A stretch of 63,648 bases of DNA, filler included, from Alloascoidea hylecoeti (GCA_001600815.1; 4 parts of 4 records of this genome joined end to end with filler, not necessarily neighbours in it); one strand, 5' to 3'; counted from the whole stretch's first letter, positions 36,301 to 49,107 are shown. Translations and numbers: made by a program. Notes: generated from the sequence alone by a model not told the origin.

Positions 36301-39300
36301 AAATTTTTACCAATCTTATTCAATTCTTTAACAAATACATCAAAAGTTCCAATGTATAGAGAATTATTACCATTTTTAAAAGCAACAAAGACACAATGTA
36401 ATGCTTTATTAGCTATATTTGTTGAAAATGGTAATATATCAAGATCAAGAATACCACAATTACCAGTTGTTTTACAAGGTGAAGCAGAAGCTGGTCCTGA
36501 TGCTTTTGGAGTTCAACATGCTGAAAAAGTAGTTGGGGAAATATTTGATAAATTGAAAAAAGCTTTATCAACAACTCATTCTTTAGCATTGGCTAAAACT
36601 TTGGAAGATTCAAGATTTAGAATTCTTACATCAATTGATGATATTAAAGAGGCCCAAACTTCTAGAGATGTTGCTATATTAGCAGCAGCTGCAGCTGCTT
36701 ATATTCCATTAGCAGGAGAATTACCAAAAAAATTAAATCCAATAATTAGAAGTTTGATGGATAGTGTTAAATCAGAAAGTAATTCACAATTACAACATCG
36801 ATCAGGAAAATCAATTGCAAATTTAATTGAAATTTTAACAAGAAATAAAAAATTAAATATTGTTGATAAAATTGTTAAAAATTTATGTGGATTTTTATGT
36901 TGTGATACATCTGAAGTTCCTGAATTTTATCCAAATCAATCATTTAAAGAAAATATTTTATCTTTAAGAAAAGATGAATCAAAAACTGATCCTATTGATA
37001 TCGTTAAACATAAACGTGAAATGAGACAAGCTAAAATTAAAAGATCAGGTGGTGAAATGACTTTAAGTTATTTAGCTAATATGTTTGGTGATAAATTATT
37101 TGAAAAAGTACCTAAATTAAAAACTGTCATGTTAGATTCATTAGAATTATTAGAAAATGATTTACCAGAAGCTGAAAAAGATGTTGAATTAAAAGTAGCA
37201 CAAGAAGTAATTGATGCCTTAGGTATTACAAGAGCTTTATTACCAAAGATGGATTCAAAATTAGCTCTTTTAATATTGGATAAAATTCATTTGATTCATA
37301 AAGGTCTTCAATCACGATATTCAGTTATTCGATATGTATCTGCTAAATGTTCAGCTACTTTATGTAATGTATTGAAATCAAAGGCAATTGTTGCTTTTGT
37401 GGATGAGGTTTTACCAATGGTTGTAAATTCAACAAATGTAACTTATAGACAAGGTGCCGTTGAATGCATTTATCATTTGACAGTTACAATGGGTGCTGAT
37501 ATATTACCATATATTGTATTTTTAATTGTTCCCATTTTGGGACGAATGAGTGATTCTGATATGGATATTAGAATTTTAGCCACAACTACATTTGCCTCGA
37601 TTATTAAACTTGTTCCATTAGAATCTGGTATTCCTGATCCAGATGATCTACCAACAAAATTACTTGAAGGTAGGGAAAGAGAACGAGAATTTATTTCGCA
37701 AATGATGGACGTTAGTAAAGTGAAACGTTTTGAGTTACCAGTACCGATTAAAGCTGAATTGAGGAGCTATCAGCAAGAAGGTCTTAATTGGTTGGCATTT
37801 TTAAATAAATATCATTTACATGGTATTTTATGTGATGATATGGGTTTGGGTAAAACTTTACAAACCATTTGTATTGTTGCAAGTGATCATTATTTAAGAG
37901 CTCAAGAATATGAAAAAACTCAATCACCAGAAACAAGAAAATTACCATCAATAATTATTTGTCCTCCTTCTTTAACTGGTCATTGGCATCAAGAGTTGAA
38001 ACAATATGCTCCATTTTTGAATGTTTTATCATATGTTGGATCATCAGCATCAAGAGTTAAATATCGTGGTACATTTAATAACTATGATGTCATTGTTACA
38101 TCTTATGATCTTGCTAGAAATGATGTTGAAATAGTTATAAAACAAGATTTTAATTATTGTGTCTTGGATGAAGGTCATATAATTAGAAATGCTTCATCTA
38201 AATTGACAAAATCTGTTAAGAGAATACGTGCAGAACATCGTTTAATTCTATCAGGTACCCCCATTCAAAATAATGTATTAGAATTATGGTCTTTGTTTGA
38301 TTTCCTAATGCCAGGATTTTTAGGTAATGAAAAGTTGTTCCAAGAAAAATTTGCAAAGCCAATTGCTGCTAGTAGGAACACATCAACATCATCAAAAGAA
38401 CAAGAAGCAGGTGCTTTAGCTTTAGAGGCATTACACAAACAAGTACTACCTTTCATGTTGAGACGATTGAAAGAAGATGTCTTATCTGATTTGCCTCCGA
38501 AGATTATTCAGGATTATTATTGCGAACTTAGTGATTTACAAAAAATATTATATGAAGATTTTGTAAAGAAACAGAAAGCTACAGTTACTACAGACTTATC
38601 ATCTGGTGAGAAGAAAGATAAACAACATGTTTTTCAAGCTCTTCATTATATGAGAAAATTATGTAATCACCCGGCTCTTGTTATGAAACCAAGCCATCCT
38701 TTATATTTAAAACTTTCTCATCGCTTCAAATTACAGCAGGGATTTAATGACTTGATTCATGCACCGAAATTACAAGCATTACAAACATTACTTTTGGATT
38801 GTGGTATTGGTATTGGATCCGGGACTACCGGTAATCAAGGACAATTGTTAGCACCTGAAGAAGTTATCAGTCAACATAGAGCATTGATATTCTGTCAGCT
38901 GAAAGATATGTTGGATATTGTTGAAAACGATCTACTGAAAAAATATATGCCTGGCGTTACCTACTTAAGAATGGACGGTAATACAGAAGCAAACAAAAGA
39001 CAAAATATAGTGCAAAAGTTCAATGCAGATCCTTCAATTGATGTACTTCTACTTACAACAAAGGTAGGTGGTCTAGGTTTAAATTTGACTGGTGCTGATA
39101 CTGTCATATTTGTCGAACATGATTGGAATCCAATGATGGATCTGCAAGCAATGGACAGAGCACACAGAATTGGACAAAAGAAGGTTGTCAACGTATACCG
39201 ATTGATTACCAGAAATACTCTTGAAGAAAAAATCATGGGATTACAAAAATTCAAAATGAGCGTTGCTTCAGCTGTTGTTAATCAACAAAACACTGGATCT

Positions 39301-39525
39301 GGACTTGCTGAAATGGACTCAAACCAACTCTTGGATTTATTTGATGCTAGTGACTTGGAAAAGTCATCTTCTGATGAACCAAAGGATGATGATCAAGAAC
39401 ATGTAGAATCTTCAGGCTTGGGCGGTAAAGCTGGTAGTGCAATTGCTAATTTACAAGACTTATGGGCCGAGTCACAGTATGAAGAAGAATACAATCTTGA
39501 TAACTTTATTCAATCCTTACGATAA
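33398..39525 (+). CDS. MOT1: TBP-associated Snf2 ATPase Mot1/BTAF1; exons 33398-33405, 33483-33500, 33567-39525
   Basis: Spliced N-terminus MSRLERLVVLIDTGSTSFIR, HEAT region, GILCDDMGLGKT, DEGH and QAMDRAHRIGQ. Confidence 0.97.
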
Positions 39526-40651
39526 TAATAGAAGTCCTCCTAATTGTACAATAATAATCTAAAACATATAATAATAGTATAAACAATAATAGAAAACAGT
39601 AATACAGTGTTGTATCTTCTAAAAAATATTTGCTTAATGTCATAATTAATAACTACGAGTATTGTACCTGTAGTGTGACATATTAGCATACAGCACAATC
39701 GGAATATAAAGTTTTTATAGTGATTCAAATCTTATGATTCTAAATTTTCAATTAAAATTCTAACTAGAAATCTACTTATAGATAAAGAAATGTAGAAATA
39801 CAGTGCCACTTAATTTCATCCGTTATTTAAACTAAATATTAGGCTCTGTTGTGCATCACATGGAGCTAATATTTGTCCTAGCAGCAGTCTGTGAATCTTA
39901 AAACTCTTTAATTTAGTGTAGATTCCTATATAAATGCATCCATTTGCAGCAAGTCACATAATCAACAATATCACTCTTAATTGAAATCAAGATTCTGACG
40001 CGTCTTTCTTTTGATATTGTTGATTTATGCAATTCATTGATAAGAAGCTTTAACCAAGAAGAATGGCCATAGAGTCGGCAACATAATTCATATGTCAATA
40101 CTTCAATATAACTGTCCCTTTTCAATTTCAGAGAGGATTTGGGGTGGCGAAGTACTAAGCGTGTCTAATAATTTGATTTAATTATAGATTGTCAAGTCTA
40201 TTTTCTTTCTATTGTATTCATGATCATTATAACACAGAACTACAATTGAATAACCAGCGAGCCTTTTGTTATAGAGCAATCACTGACAAAATCTGACTGA
40301 GAGTGAGAATTATTTGTATTTCGTTGTACGGAAATACAAAATGTTAACACAATTAATGCGATTTTATTGAGAAGAACTATGATAGATCTAGTGGGAAATG
40401 GGAGAGTTTGTACCGATATAGACAGGTCTATTTCTAATAATAGAAACAAAAGAATAGCAAAGATATTTTTAGAATATAAAAAATACATATTGGTGTTGGA
40501 TATATTACACTCTTAGAACAGTTCACTAAAGAGTCGATTGGCTTTTTGGCGCAACTGGGAGAACAGGCACTTTGAACTTTAACAATTGGGAAGAATAAAG
40601 AAGTGGAAACGTTAGCGGTATATATATATATTTCGTCTTTTTTATTGGCAT

Positions 40652-41163
40652 ATTTTTTTATTTAACTTTTCATATATTTTCCAATTAAATTGTATAACTA
40701 GAAACTATGTAAATTATGAGGAAATCTCTACTATATATACTGAAATAAAAATCTCTCTTTCTATTCTTCTTATTTTTGTGTATTCTTGACACTCTTCTTT
40801 CTTCCCTTCTTATGTACCTAGACCACCTTAAAAGTAAATTTTTTTTTTAGGTATTTTTTACTTTTTCAAGTTTTTAGATATTAGAATCTCCCAATCAATC
40901 CCATTTAATATTTGTGGTGGTGTCCCTGCAAATCTAATATTTTTCTTAGCTCTAGTGCCTTTTTGATAAAAGCCCCATTTTTTTCTATATGGTTATCTTT
41001 TGGATTTATGCATAAAATTTGTTGGATGAAATGTAATTCAGATGGGTAATGTTCATTGGGAACAGAATATGTCACGACACAAAACAGGAAACAAGGAAAA
41101 GTGTATTAAATCTTAATTAAAGAATTCTCCTTTAAAAGAACAGGAAAAACGAGGGATTATATA
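40652..41163 (-). mobile_element. LINE 3' fragment (family 2) with degenerate A-rich tail
   Basis: 40662-40893 matches 22181-22409. The extension to the gap is assigned with less certainty. Confidence 0.6.
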
Positions 41164-41598
41164 NNNNNNNNNNNNNNNNNNNNNNNNNNNNNNNNNNNNN
41201 NNNNNNNNNNNNNNNNNNNNNNNNNNNNNNNNNNNNNNNNNNNNNNNNNNNNNNNNNNNNNNNNNNNNNNNNNNNNNNNNNNNNNNNNNNNNNNNNNNNN
41301 NNNNNNNNNNNNNNNNNNNNNNNNNNNNNNNNNNNNNNNNNNNNNNNNNNNNNNNNNNNNNNNNNNNNNNNNNNNNNNNNNNNNNNNNNNNNNNNNNNNN
41401 NNNNNNNNNNNNNNNNNNNNNNNNNNNNNNNNNNNNNNNNNNNNNNNNNNNNNNNNNNNNNNNNNNNNNNNNNNNNNNNNNNNNNNNNNNNNNNNNNNNN
41501 NNNNNNNNNNNNNNNNNNNNNNNNNNNNNNNNNNNNNNNNNNNNNNNNNNNNNNNNNNNNNNNNNNNNNNNNNNNNNNNNNNNNNNNNNNNNNNNNNN
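41164..41598. other. Scaffold gap (435 N)
   Basis: N-run without a linker. Confidence 0.99.
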
Positions 41599-44500
41599 GA
41601 CCTTCCGGTGAGACTTATTATACTGCTTCTCTTGAGTCATTTGGGCATTAGTCAATGCATCTTGGATAAGACGTAAAATAGCAGCATTCTTAATAGCAAA
41701 GTCTTCAGCTGAAATAGAAAATTCAGCATCTGTAACAGGCAAGAGATCGTTCCTAGGTGGCTCCATACCTAAATCGGCGACGAACGGTGTCATTTGAATT
41801 GACGCTTGGTATGAGCCGTTATAAGCAAACTCTGCACTACCGAGGAAATGGTCCCAACTTTGGATATTCTGACCAACAAATGCTCGCAAAATTCCTTCCA
41901 ATGTTTTATTACATCTCTCAGTAAGACCGTCTGTTTGAGCGTGGTTTGTAGTACTCATATTTAACTTAGTACCAGATCGCTCTGCAATATACTGCCAGAA
42001 CCGACTGATAAATCTCGGATCTCTGTCAGAGACAATCGACTTTGGGATGCCATGTAATTTAACAATATTCTCATAAAACAGGTGAGCAGCTATTTCACCA
42101 GTTACTTCAGTAGTTGTAGGTATAAAATGTGCCCTGCGAGTTAAACGATCCACAATGACAAAGATACAATTATACCCACTCCTTGTAGTTGGTAAGCCGG
42201 TTACAAAATCCATGGTCACGCTTTCCCAGCGTTCCTGTGGTATATCAAGTGGCATAAGCAACCCCTGAGTAGCTTGTGTAGTGGTCTTCGTGGTTTGACA
42301 AATGAGACAATGCTTGACATAGCTTTTTATTGTGGCCGCCATACGACGCCACCAATAACGACTCGAAATCAACTGAAACGTTTTAAAAAACCCAGGATGA
42401 CCTGCTAGAGGAGTATCGTGGTAGTCATGCAAAATTTTGGATCTCAACTCTCCCTCTGGCAAACAAAGACGATAATCGGTGCCTTGAATAACAGCCGAGA
42501 AGTACAAACATTGGTTCGAGTCTAAGTGAAAGTGTTTGATATAATGATCAATAGACTTAGGAACAGGAAGATTGGATGACAAAACAGTATAAACCTCTTT
42601 TAAGTCGGGATCAGCTTTATATTCCTGGACAAGTTTTGGAATATCGAAAGCAACTCCGCGAATAGAAATCTGGATTACTTCCAGTGCATGTACGACAAGG
42701 TCATCAGAGAAGGAGCGGCTAAGAGCATCAGCTGCACCATTGGCTTTACCGTGCAGATATTCGAATGTGAAATCAAATTCAGAAAGTCGTTCCAACCATC
42801 TTGTTAAGCGACCAATTAGGACTGTATTACCATTTTGAATTTGTTCTAAAGGCTTATGATCACTTCTTACAACAAAGGGAACCCCAATTAAATATTGACG
42901 CCAGTTCTGAAGAGCCGAGATTAAAGCTAACATTTCCAGTTCACGAACAGTATAATTACGTTCGGCCCCCACGAGCTTACGCGAGTAATAAGCAACAACA
43001 CCCAAAAGCTCACCATCATCGGTGGTGTCTTCCAAGACGGCTCCAATAGCCTTAGAACTAGCATCGGAGGTAACCCGGAAATTAGCAGTAGTAAAATCGG
43101 GGATAATTAGCAAAGGAGCATGGGTCAAGGTGTTCTTCAGAAACTTGAAGGCGGAATCTTGTGTTGGGCCCCAAGTGGACTCATTATTCGCAAACTCATG
43201 TAATGGAATAGCTCGTTCTGAAAAATGAGGTACAAATCTTCGGTAGTAATTACATAATCCCAAAAAAGACTTCGTTTCTGTAGCTGTTGTCGGTGTAGGC
43301 CAATTGACGATAACATCGACTTTTTTTGGATCAGGGTTAATACCTGCAGCAGAGATCTTAAAGCCCAAGAAAGTAAGTTCAGGAACACAAAACATGCACT
43401 TGGTTAATTTAACCTGAAAATGATAAGCACGAAGTTTATCTAACACTTTTCGCAGATGGACCTCATGTTCCGAGGCCGACTGAGAATAAATCAGGAAGTC
43501 GTCGAGATAAATAGAAACAAACTTATTTAGATAATCAGCAAACATAAGGGTCATGATCCTCTGGAAACTTTCTGGACCTCCCGACAGACCGAATGGTAAG
43601 CATAACCATTCGTAATGGCCTGTCGTAGTGGAGAAGGCTGTCTTGAAACGATCCTTATCATGAACAAGAATTTGATAATAACCTGAAACTAGATCAAGTT
43701 TAGAGAAAACGGTAGCTGTTCCCAAAGCATTTAAAACATCATCTACTAATGGTAAGGGAAAACGATGTCTAATGGACTCTTGATTTAACAAACGATAATC
43801 AATACACATGCGTAACGAGTTATCTGGTTTTTTCACGAATAGCACAGGAGCGGAAAAGGGACTGGTAGATTTTCTAATGAACCCTTTGTTTAACAGATCA
43901 TGAACCTGCTTATCTAACTCCAAACGTTCTTTGTACGACAATCTGTATGGACGTCTGGCTTTTGGCGTCCAGTTCTCAATTAAATCAATGTGATGTTCAA
44001 AGTCTGGGCCTCTGTCAAACAATTGGGTAAGTGGTTCATTATTAACAACATCAGCATATTCAGATAGTATGAAGGGTGGTGGTTTTGTGGCTTTCACTGC
44101 TTCTGGAAAAGTCACATTAAGAACACTTAAGTCACCTTGACGCAAATCATGCGTAAATTCAGTAGCTTCAACAAGAGCAAAATCAATAGCGGTGTTAAGG
44201 TCATTTTCATCTTCCATGCCTGAATGACCCATGAAGGTGTTTTGGCCCCAATCAATAGAAGTATGATGGCGAGTGATAAAGGGTTTCCCTAGTATGAGAC
44301 CATGGGAAAGAGTGTTTACCACATAACAGCGAACCGTATCCTTGAAGGAACCCAATTGTAATTCCAAGGTAATATGCCCTTCTGCCACGATTGACGATTT
44401 CCCAGGTTCGGCTGTGAACACATTCAATGGCGCCTCTGGAAGCGACTGCACCGCCGCTTGGAGCCCTAAGGTGGCAACCCGAGCAGTGGTGATTAGATTC

Positions 44501-45076
44501 GTGGTACAACCACTGTCTAATAAAGCACCAGTGTGGTAACCATTAACAACAAAGGGTAACAATAAAAGTTTCTCATTAGGTACTGGACCAACAGAGGACG
44601 ATTGAGAAGATATGGCAGGAAGATTCAGATTCTGAGATTGAGGATTAAGAGGTGGACGTTGAGGAGTAAAAGGTGGGCGTTGAGGAGGAACCGACCCACG
44701 ACATTGACTTGCGTGGTGGTTTCCTACTCGGCAGCGGAAGCACTTTCCTTCCCGTCGAAGTCTCTCTCGCTCTTGAGGTGTCAGTTTCGGAAAATGTTTA
44801 TTGCTAACCACATTGGACATAATAATATCACCTTCTGCGTCTCTTGTAGAAGAAGGATACCCAGTATGATTCCAGGCCGGCACTTCTCGTCTGACCTGTT
44901 GAAACCGGTTGGTCTTGGGCTTGGAAAATAAAATGGAATCAACTCTTTGAGCGTTAACAATAGCATCACTTAGACTAAGGGGACTGGTCAATCTAGTTTG
45001 TAATTGCGTTTGTGTCTTCAATCCTGAGAGAAACCGTTCAATTGCCGCATCTTCACTAATCCAATGAGGGGGTAGT
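41599..45076 (-). mobile_element. Ty3/gypsy retrotransposon family A, single in-frame gag-pol, both ends in gaps
   Basis: CFRCRVGNHHASQC knuckle, LLDSGC protease, RT (YLDD), RNase H (SDAS), integrase HHCC plus MDFV/SDRD/TER. No stops across the whole segment. Confidence 0.95.
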
Positions 45077-45176
45077 NNNNNNNNNNNNNNNNNNNNNNNN
45101 NNNNNNNNNNNNNNNNNNNNTTAATTAATTAANNNNNNNNNNNNNNNNNNNNNNNNNNNNNNNNNNNNNNNNNNNN
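45077..45176. other. Artificial contig linker
   Basis: N44-TTAATTAATTAA-N44. Confidence 0.95.
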
Positions 45177-45542
45177 TGTTCAGAAATTACACATGTTACA
45201 ACAATCACTAGTGATGGCCTTACTATTACAGAGACAACTTTGCTTCCATGTACACCATCAGAATCTACCACTGTTACTTCTACTACCCCAGTTGAAACTA
45301 AATCGATTGAAACAAGCACTACATTTATTCCAACTACTTCTGATACAACTACTACTGAATCAGATTCAGTTAGTACCATTCCAGGCACTAAAACTACACA
45401 TTCTAGTTCAAGTAAAACTTTACCATCGTCAACAACAGTACCAGTACCTTCAATTANACCTCAAAGTAGTGGGAGTAAATTAGTTAATCAGAGTATTATT
45501 GGATTTGTTGCAACAATAATTGGAATTGTATTTGTAGTTTAA
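45177..45542 (+). CDS. C-terminal part of a Ser/Thr-rich GPI-anchored wall protein (5'-truncated)
   Basis: Frame is open from the contig start, Thr/Ser-rich, and ends SSGSKLVNQSIIGFVATIIGIVFVV, a GPI-type signal. Confidence 0.8.
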   Translation, partial: CSEITHVTTITSDGLTITETTLLPCTPSESTTVTSTTPVETKSIETSTTFIPTTSDTTTTESDSVSTIPGTKTTHSSSSKTLPSSTTVPVPSIXPQSSGSKLVNQSIIGFVATIIGIVFVV

Positions 45543-45779
45543 TTATTGAATGTTACTTGAAATGTTGTAAATTATAGTTTAGTTATTTTGTAATTAATAT
45601 TTTTGTTTTGTTTTAGATCTTAAAATTTTATACCATCATTCATCAAATGACTTTAATTGACTATAACCCATTATAAATTTCAAATTGAAAATAATAAATT
45701 GAACGCGATTTTTATTANTTGACCTGATCAATATCATATACTGTACCTATCGAAAATAAATTACATGTAGTTCAAAATA

Positions 45780-46619
45780 CTACTTCATTTCATCCAATTG
45801 TTTCACATTATCAACAACTACACCACCAATTCCTAAAGACTGACCCATTTTTTGAATATCAGAGAGAATTTCATGACAAGCAAACTTATTTCTTTTAATA
45901 ACAATAAAATCATTAATTTCTTTATCATTATCGAATTTTAATATATCAGGTATATCACGATCAGTTGTAATACTATTTGAAATATGCATTAATCTTTTTT
46001 TTANAATTGATTCATTTTTATATAATTGTATTAATTGTTGATCTTCTTCTTCTAATCTTGAATCATATTCAATTATAGTTTTTTTTAATAATCTATCATA
46101 TCTTGTTGAATGTTGTGAAAATCCATTGAATAATGTTGACATTATTGATTGATATCTTTGTAATAAATTTTCAGATTTTTTATTTAAAAATTTTAATCGC
46201 TCTAATTCAACAGTTAATTTAACATTTTGATCTTCTAAATTTCTTATTAATTCTTTTTCTGATTTTTTTTTGTTTTTAAGATTTATAACTTCATCACTAT
46301 CATCATCATTGCTGTCATTATCAATTTTAATTTTATCATCATTTAATTTTATAGGGTTATTTTTATCATCAGTATGTTTTATATCATTATTTTTAGTATT
46401 ATTTAAATAACGATTTTTTATAGCATTTTCTCGTTTACGTTTTTCCTTTTTGTCATTTTCTTCTTTTTCAAACCGCCTCCATTCTTCATCACCAAATACA
46501 TCTTTTAATTCATCGAGTAATCGGTTTGACTGATCTCTATTATGATTTAACTTTAAGGATAAATCATTCACCAAACTTGAAATATTTGATAATTCAGCTG
46601 ATAAATCTGTAGTTGCCAT
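45780..46619 (-). CDS. Coiled-coil protein, possibly SIKE/Far3-like STRIPAK subunit
   Basis: ATG at 46619 (MATTDLSAEL..LVNDLSLKLNHNR). Second coiled coil LLQRYQSIMSTL. Family assignment is tentative. Confidence 0.6.
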   Translation of the reverse strand: MATTDLSAELSNISSLVNDLSLKLNHNRDQSNRLLDELKDVFGDEEWRRFEKEENDKKEKRKRENAIKNRYLNNTKNNDIKHTDDKNNPIKLNDDKIKIDNDSNDDDSDEVINLKNKKKSEKELIRNLEDQNVKLTVELERLKFLNKKSENLLQRYQSIMSTLFNGFSQHSTRYDRLLKKTIIEYDSRLEEEDQQLIQLYKNESIXKKRLMHISNSITTDRDIPDILKFDNDKEINDFIVIKRNKFACHEILSDIQKMGQSLGIGGVVVDNVKQLDEMK

Positions 46620-46869
46620 TATTCTATAGTGTTTTGACAATGTTGTGCTGAGATGGTTGGAAGTANGGTCATGTGACTGTACTTGGAAGTTACCCGGACA
46701 CANATGGATGATGCCGGGATGCAAGTTCCGGGATCCGGGANAGACAATCACATGCAGATGCAGATGACACGCTGTTTTTCTGTCCTTTTGTGCTGANCGC
46801 CCACGTGACCAGCCCAACAGAATTAAGCTCTCATTTATAACCTCCTTCGAACCCTGTCTCCCTTCAAAG
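46620..46869. promoter_or_regulatory. GC-rich divergent promoter with E-boxes
   Basis: CACGTGAC at 46802, CATGTGAC near 46670, CACATG near 46749 and TTTATAA near 46833. Confidence 0.55.
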
Positions 46870-47964
46870 ATGTCGCTTGAGCCAAAACAGAAGCCACAGC
46901 AGCAACCCACTGTCCCCACAGACCTATATCAGGGCACCATATCCGATGATACGTCTGATGAAGACTATGTATATGATGATGAATCTTCTAGCTCCTTAGG
47001 CTCGGAAATTTCAACCGATCTAGAAAGTACAACTACAACATTAACTGAAGGTGATTTTGATTTTGATTTTGATTTTGATTTTGATTCCTTAAAGGAAAAT
47101 GTTTTTGAATTCACAAAACGAGTTAATGATAATTTAGATAAATTCAAATCGGACGTTTTAAACATTCCANCTCTTGGCTCAAGGACGATATCTCCGTCCA
47201 CAACAACTACTTGTGATCAAAATCCACATACCACAGCGGAAACAGCTCCTTCATTATTACCATCTTCACATTCAAAATTCGCAAAATTCATTCGAAAACA
47301 TGAGATCCCTAGAAAATTTTTACATGTTTCAATAGGATTTATCACTTTATATCTCTATACTCAGGGCATACAATTAGAACAAGTGACTCCTTATTTAGCA
47401 ACTGCTTTTATATTAATATCTTCAATCGATTTTATCAGATTTAGATCTCAATCCATAAATGCACTATACTGTAAAGCATGTGGACCTTTAATGCGAGAAA
47501 AAGAAGTAAATACTTATAATGGTGTCATATGGTATTTATTAGGTCTTGTTATTGTATTTTCTTTATTTCCAAAAGATATATCTTTAATGGCCGTTCTATT
47601 ACTATCATGGGCCGATACTTCCGCTTCAACTTTTGGAAGATTATATGGTCATTTAACACCCAAAATTGCAAGAGGGAAATCTTTAGCTGGCTCTATCGCT
47701 GCTTTTATTACTGGTGTTATTGCATCCGCTTTATTATACGGTTATTTTATTCCTCATTTTAATCATGTTAACTCTATTGGCCAAATTATGTATGATAAAA
47801 ATCATGTTTCTTCTTATTTAAGCTTACCGNTTCTTTTGTTTCTGTCCGGTCTTGTCGGCTCTGTATCTGAAGGAATTGATTTATGGAATATGGATGATAA
47901 TTTTACCATCCCAATACTAAGTTCGGTTTTCCTATATTCTGCTATAAAATTATCCCAATATTAA
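46870..47964 (+). CDS. DGK1: CTP-dependent diacylglycerol kinase
   Basis: KHEIPRKFLHVSIGF, LSWADTSASTFGR, GKSLAGS and DDNFTIP motifs. Acidic N-terminus with a (GATTTT)n DF repeat. Confidence 0.95.
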   Translation: MSLEPKQKPQQQPTVPTDLYQGTISDDTSDEDYVYDDESSSSLGSEISTDLESTTTTLTEGDFDFDFDFDFDSLKENVFEFTKRVNDNLDKFKSDVLNIPXLGSRTISPSTTTTCDQNPHTTAETAPSLLPSSHSKFAKFIRKHEIPRKFLHVSIGFITLYLYTQGIQLEQVTPYLATAFILISSIDFIRFRSQSINALYCKACGPLMREKEVNTYNGVIWYLLGLVIVFSLFPKDISLMAVLLLSWADTSASTFGRLYGHLTPKIARGKSLAGSIAAFITGVIASALLYGYFIPHFNHVNSIGQIMYDKNHVSSYLSLPXLLFLSGLVGSVSEGIDLWNMDDNFTIPILSSVFLYSAIKLSQY

Positions 47965-48378
47965 TTAATATTATAATCTTTTCATTCTATCGATAGATTT
48001 CCTTTTATATACATATAGATATTCATCTGTTTTGGCTTCATAGTATAGTTTTAGTTATAGGAATTTGTATTGGCGCTGTATCTACAATTGCAATATGCAT
48101 TAATTAATATTTTTATTGACATTAAATTTAATTCGTTATGATACAACAACTATCTATAGCTAATAGTTATGGTTTCACGGGTTCACCTAGTATTAATATT
48201 AAATTCGTATATAATACGTATGCTAGGGAGGGACAATGCAGGTATGCAACATATAAAAACAATGAATAACACCGTAAATCTAATTTCCAGCCTATTTTTC
48301 AACTTCAAACGAATAATAGAACATGCACATGATTCGCAAGAGAAATAGTAATACAAAATAAATGTTTGTAACTGTAAT

Positions 48379-49107
48379 TCACTTACCTGCTTGCACAGGA
48401 CTTTCTGTTTGTGAGATTGCATCTGGATTTTCAATACCTGATTTTGATTTTTTGCTGAAAGCTCTTTTAATGGCGCTTCCTGTAATNTGATAAGCGTGTC
48501 CTAATTCAGTAGAGTAAGACTCGGGAACAATAGGTTCACCAGTAGGACAATATTGCTCAACAAGAGCTTCTATTTTAATATTGACAGGTAATAAAATAGG
48601 ATCAATGCTCTTATTTATAACCGGTTTGGCGTGGGTACTGTAAATCTGATCCGCTTTGTTTTTGATATTGTTAATAGCATTCTTAACTGGAATTGTAACA
48701 ACATTCAATTTTTGTTCAGCAATTTCTGTATAAGAAGTTACAGTCCCCTTAACTTGATCAACCGGTACTCTAACCGCTTCAGTAANTGCCTGAGGGGTGA
48801 TAGTTTGAAGTTGAGGAACAGATTTATCCAAGGTTTTCAAGGCACTGTGACAGAGTTCATCAGCTTTCTTAATTGTGGGAGCTGCGCGCTTCTCAAGAGG
48901 TTCAACAGCTTGTTTAGCTTTCAGGACCAGAAGATTGTCAGAGACTTTCTTGAAGACAGGAAGTGAGCCTGTAAACCCAGCGGCTGCAGAAACCAGAGGA
49001 TAAGTAGCCAAATGGGATCTAGTAAGAGAATTTTCATGATCTGTATTTTGGACAGGATCATTAGCGCTAATGGTAGCTGTAGGAGTTTCAAGTTGTTGGG
49101 TGGACAT
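48379..49107 (-). CDS. PLN1: Perilipin-like lipid-droplet protein (Pln1/Pet10, CAP20 family)
   Basis: SHLATYPLVS..SLP..KKADEL...L..LD PAT-like N-terminus and amphipathic repeats. Probable 5'-UTR intron 49191-49110. Confidence 0.75.
   Translation of the reverse strand: MSTQQLETPTATISANDPVQNTDHENSLTRSHLATYPLVSAAAGFTGSLPVFKKVSDNLLVLKAKQAVEPLEKRAAPTIKKADELCHSALKTLDKSVPQLQTITPQAXTEAVRVPVDQVKGTVTSYTEIAEQKLNVVTIPVKNAINNIKNKADQIYSTHAKPVINKSIDPILLPVNIKIEALVEQYCPTGEPIVPESYSTELGHAYXITGSAIKRAFSKKSKSGIENPDAISQTESPVQAGK

Noticed and set aside
39913..40488. Short minus-strand ORFs downstream of MOT1 (LYGHSSW resembles DGHxSH)
   Set aside because: A single weak motif with no supporting transposase motifs in order.
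41113..41598. Extension of the 1302-aa ORF through the N gap
   Set aside because: Artefact of translating Ns. The sequence beyond the gap belongs to a different segment.
46620..46919. 100-aa N-terminal extension of ORF 45780..46919
   Set aside because: Non-ATG start overlapping DGK1 and the GC-rich promoter.
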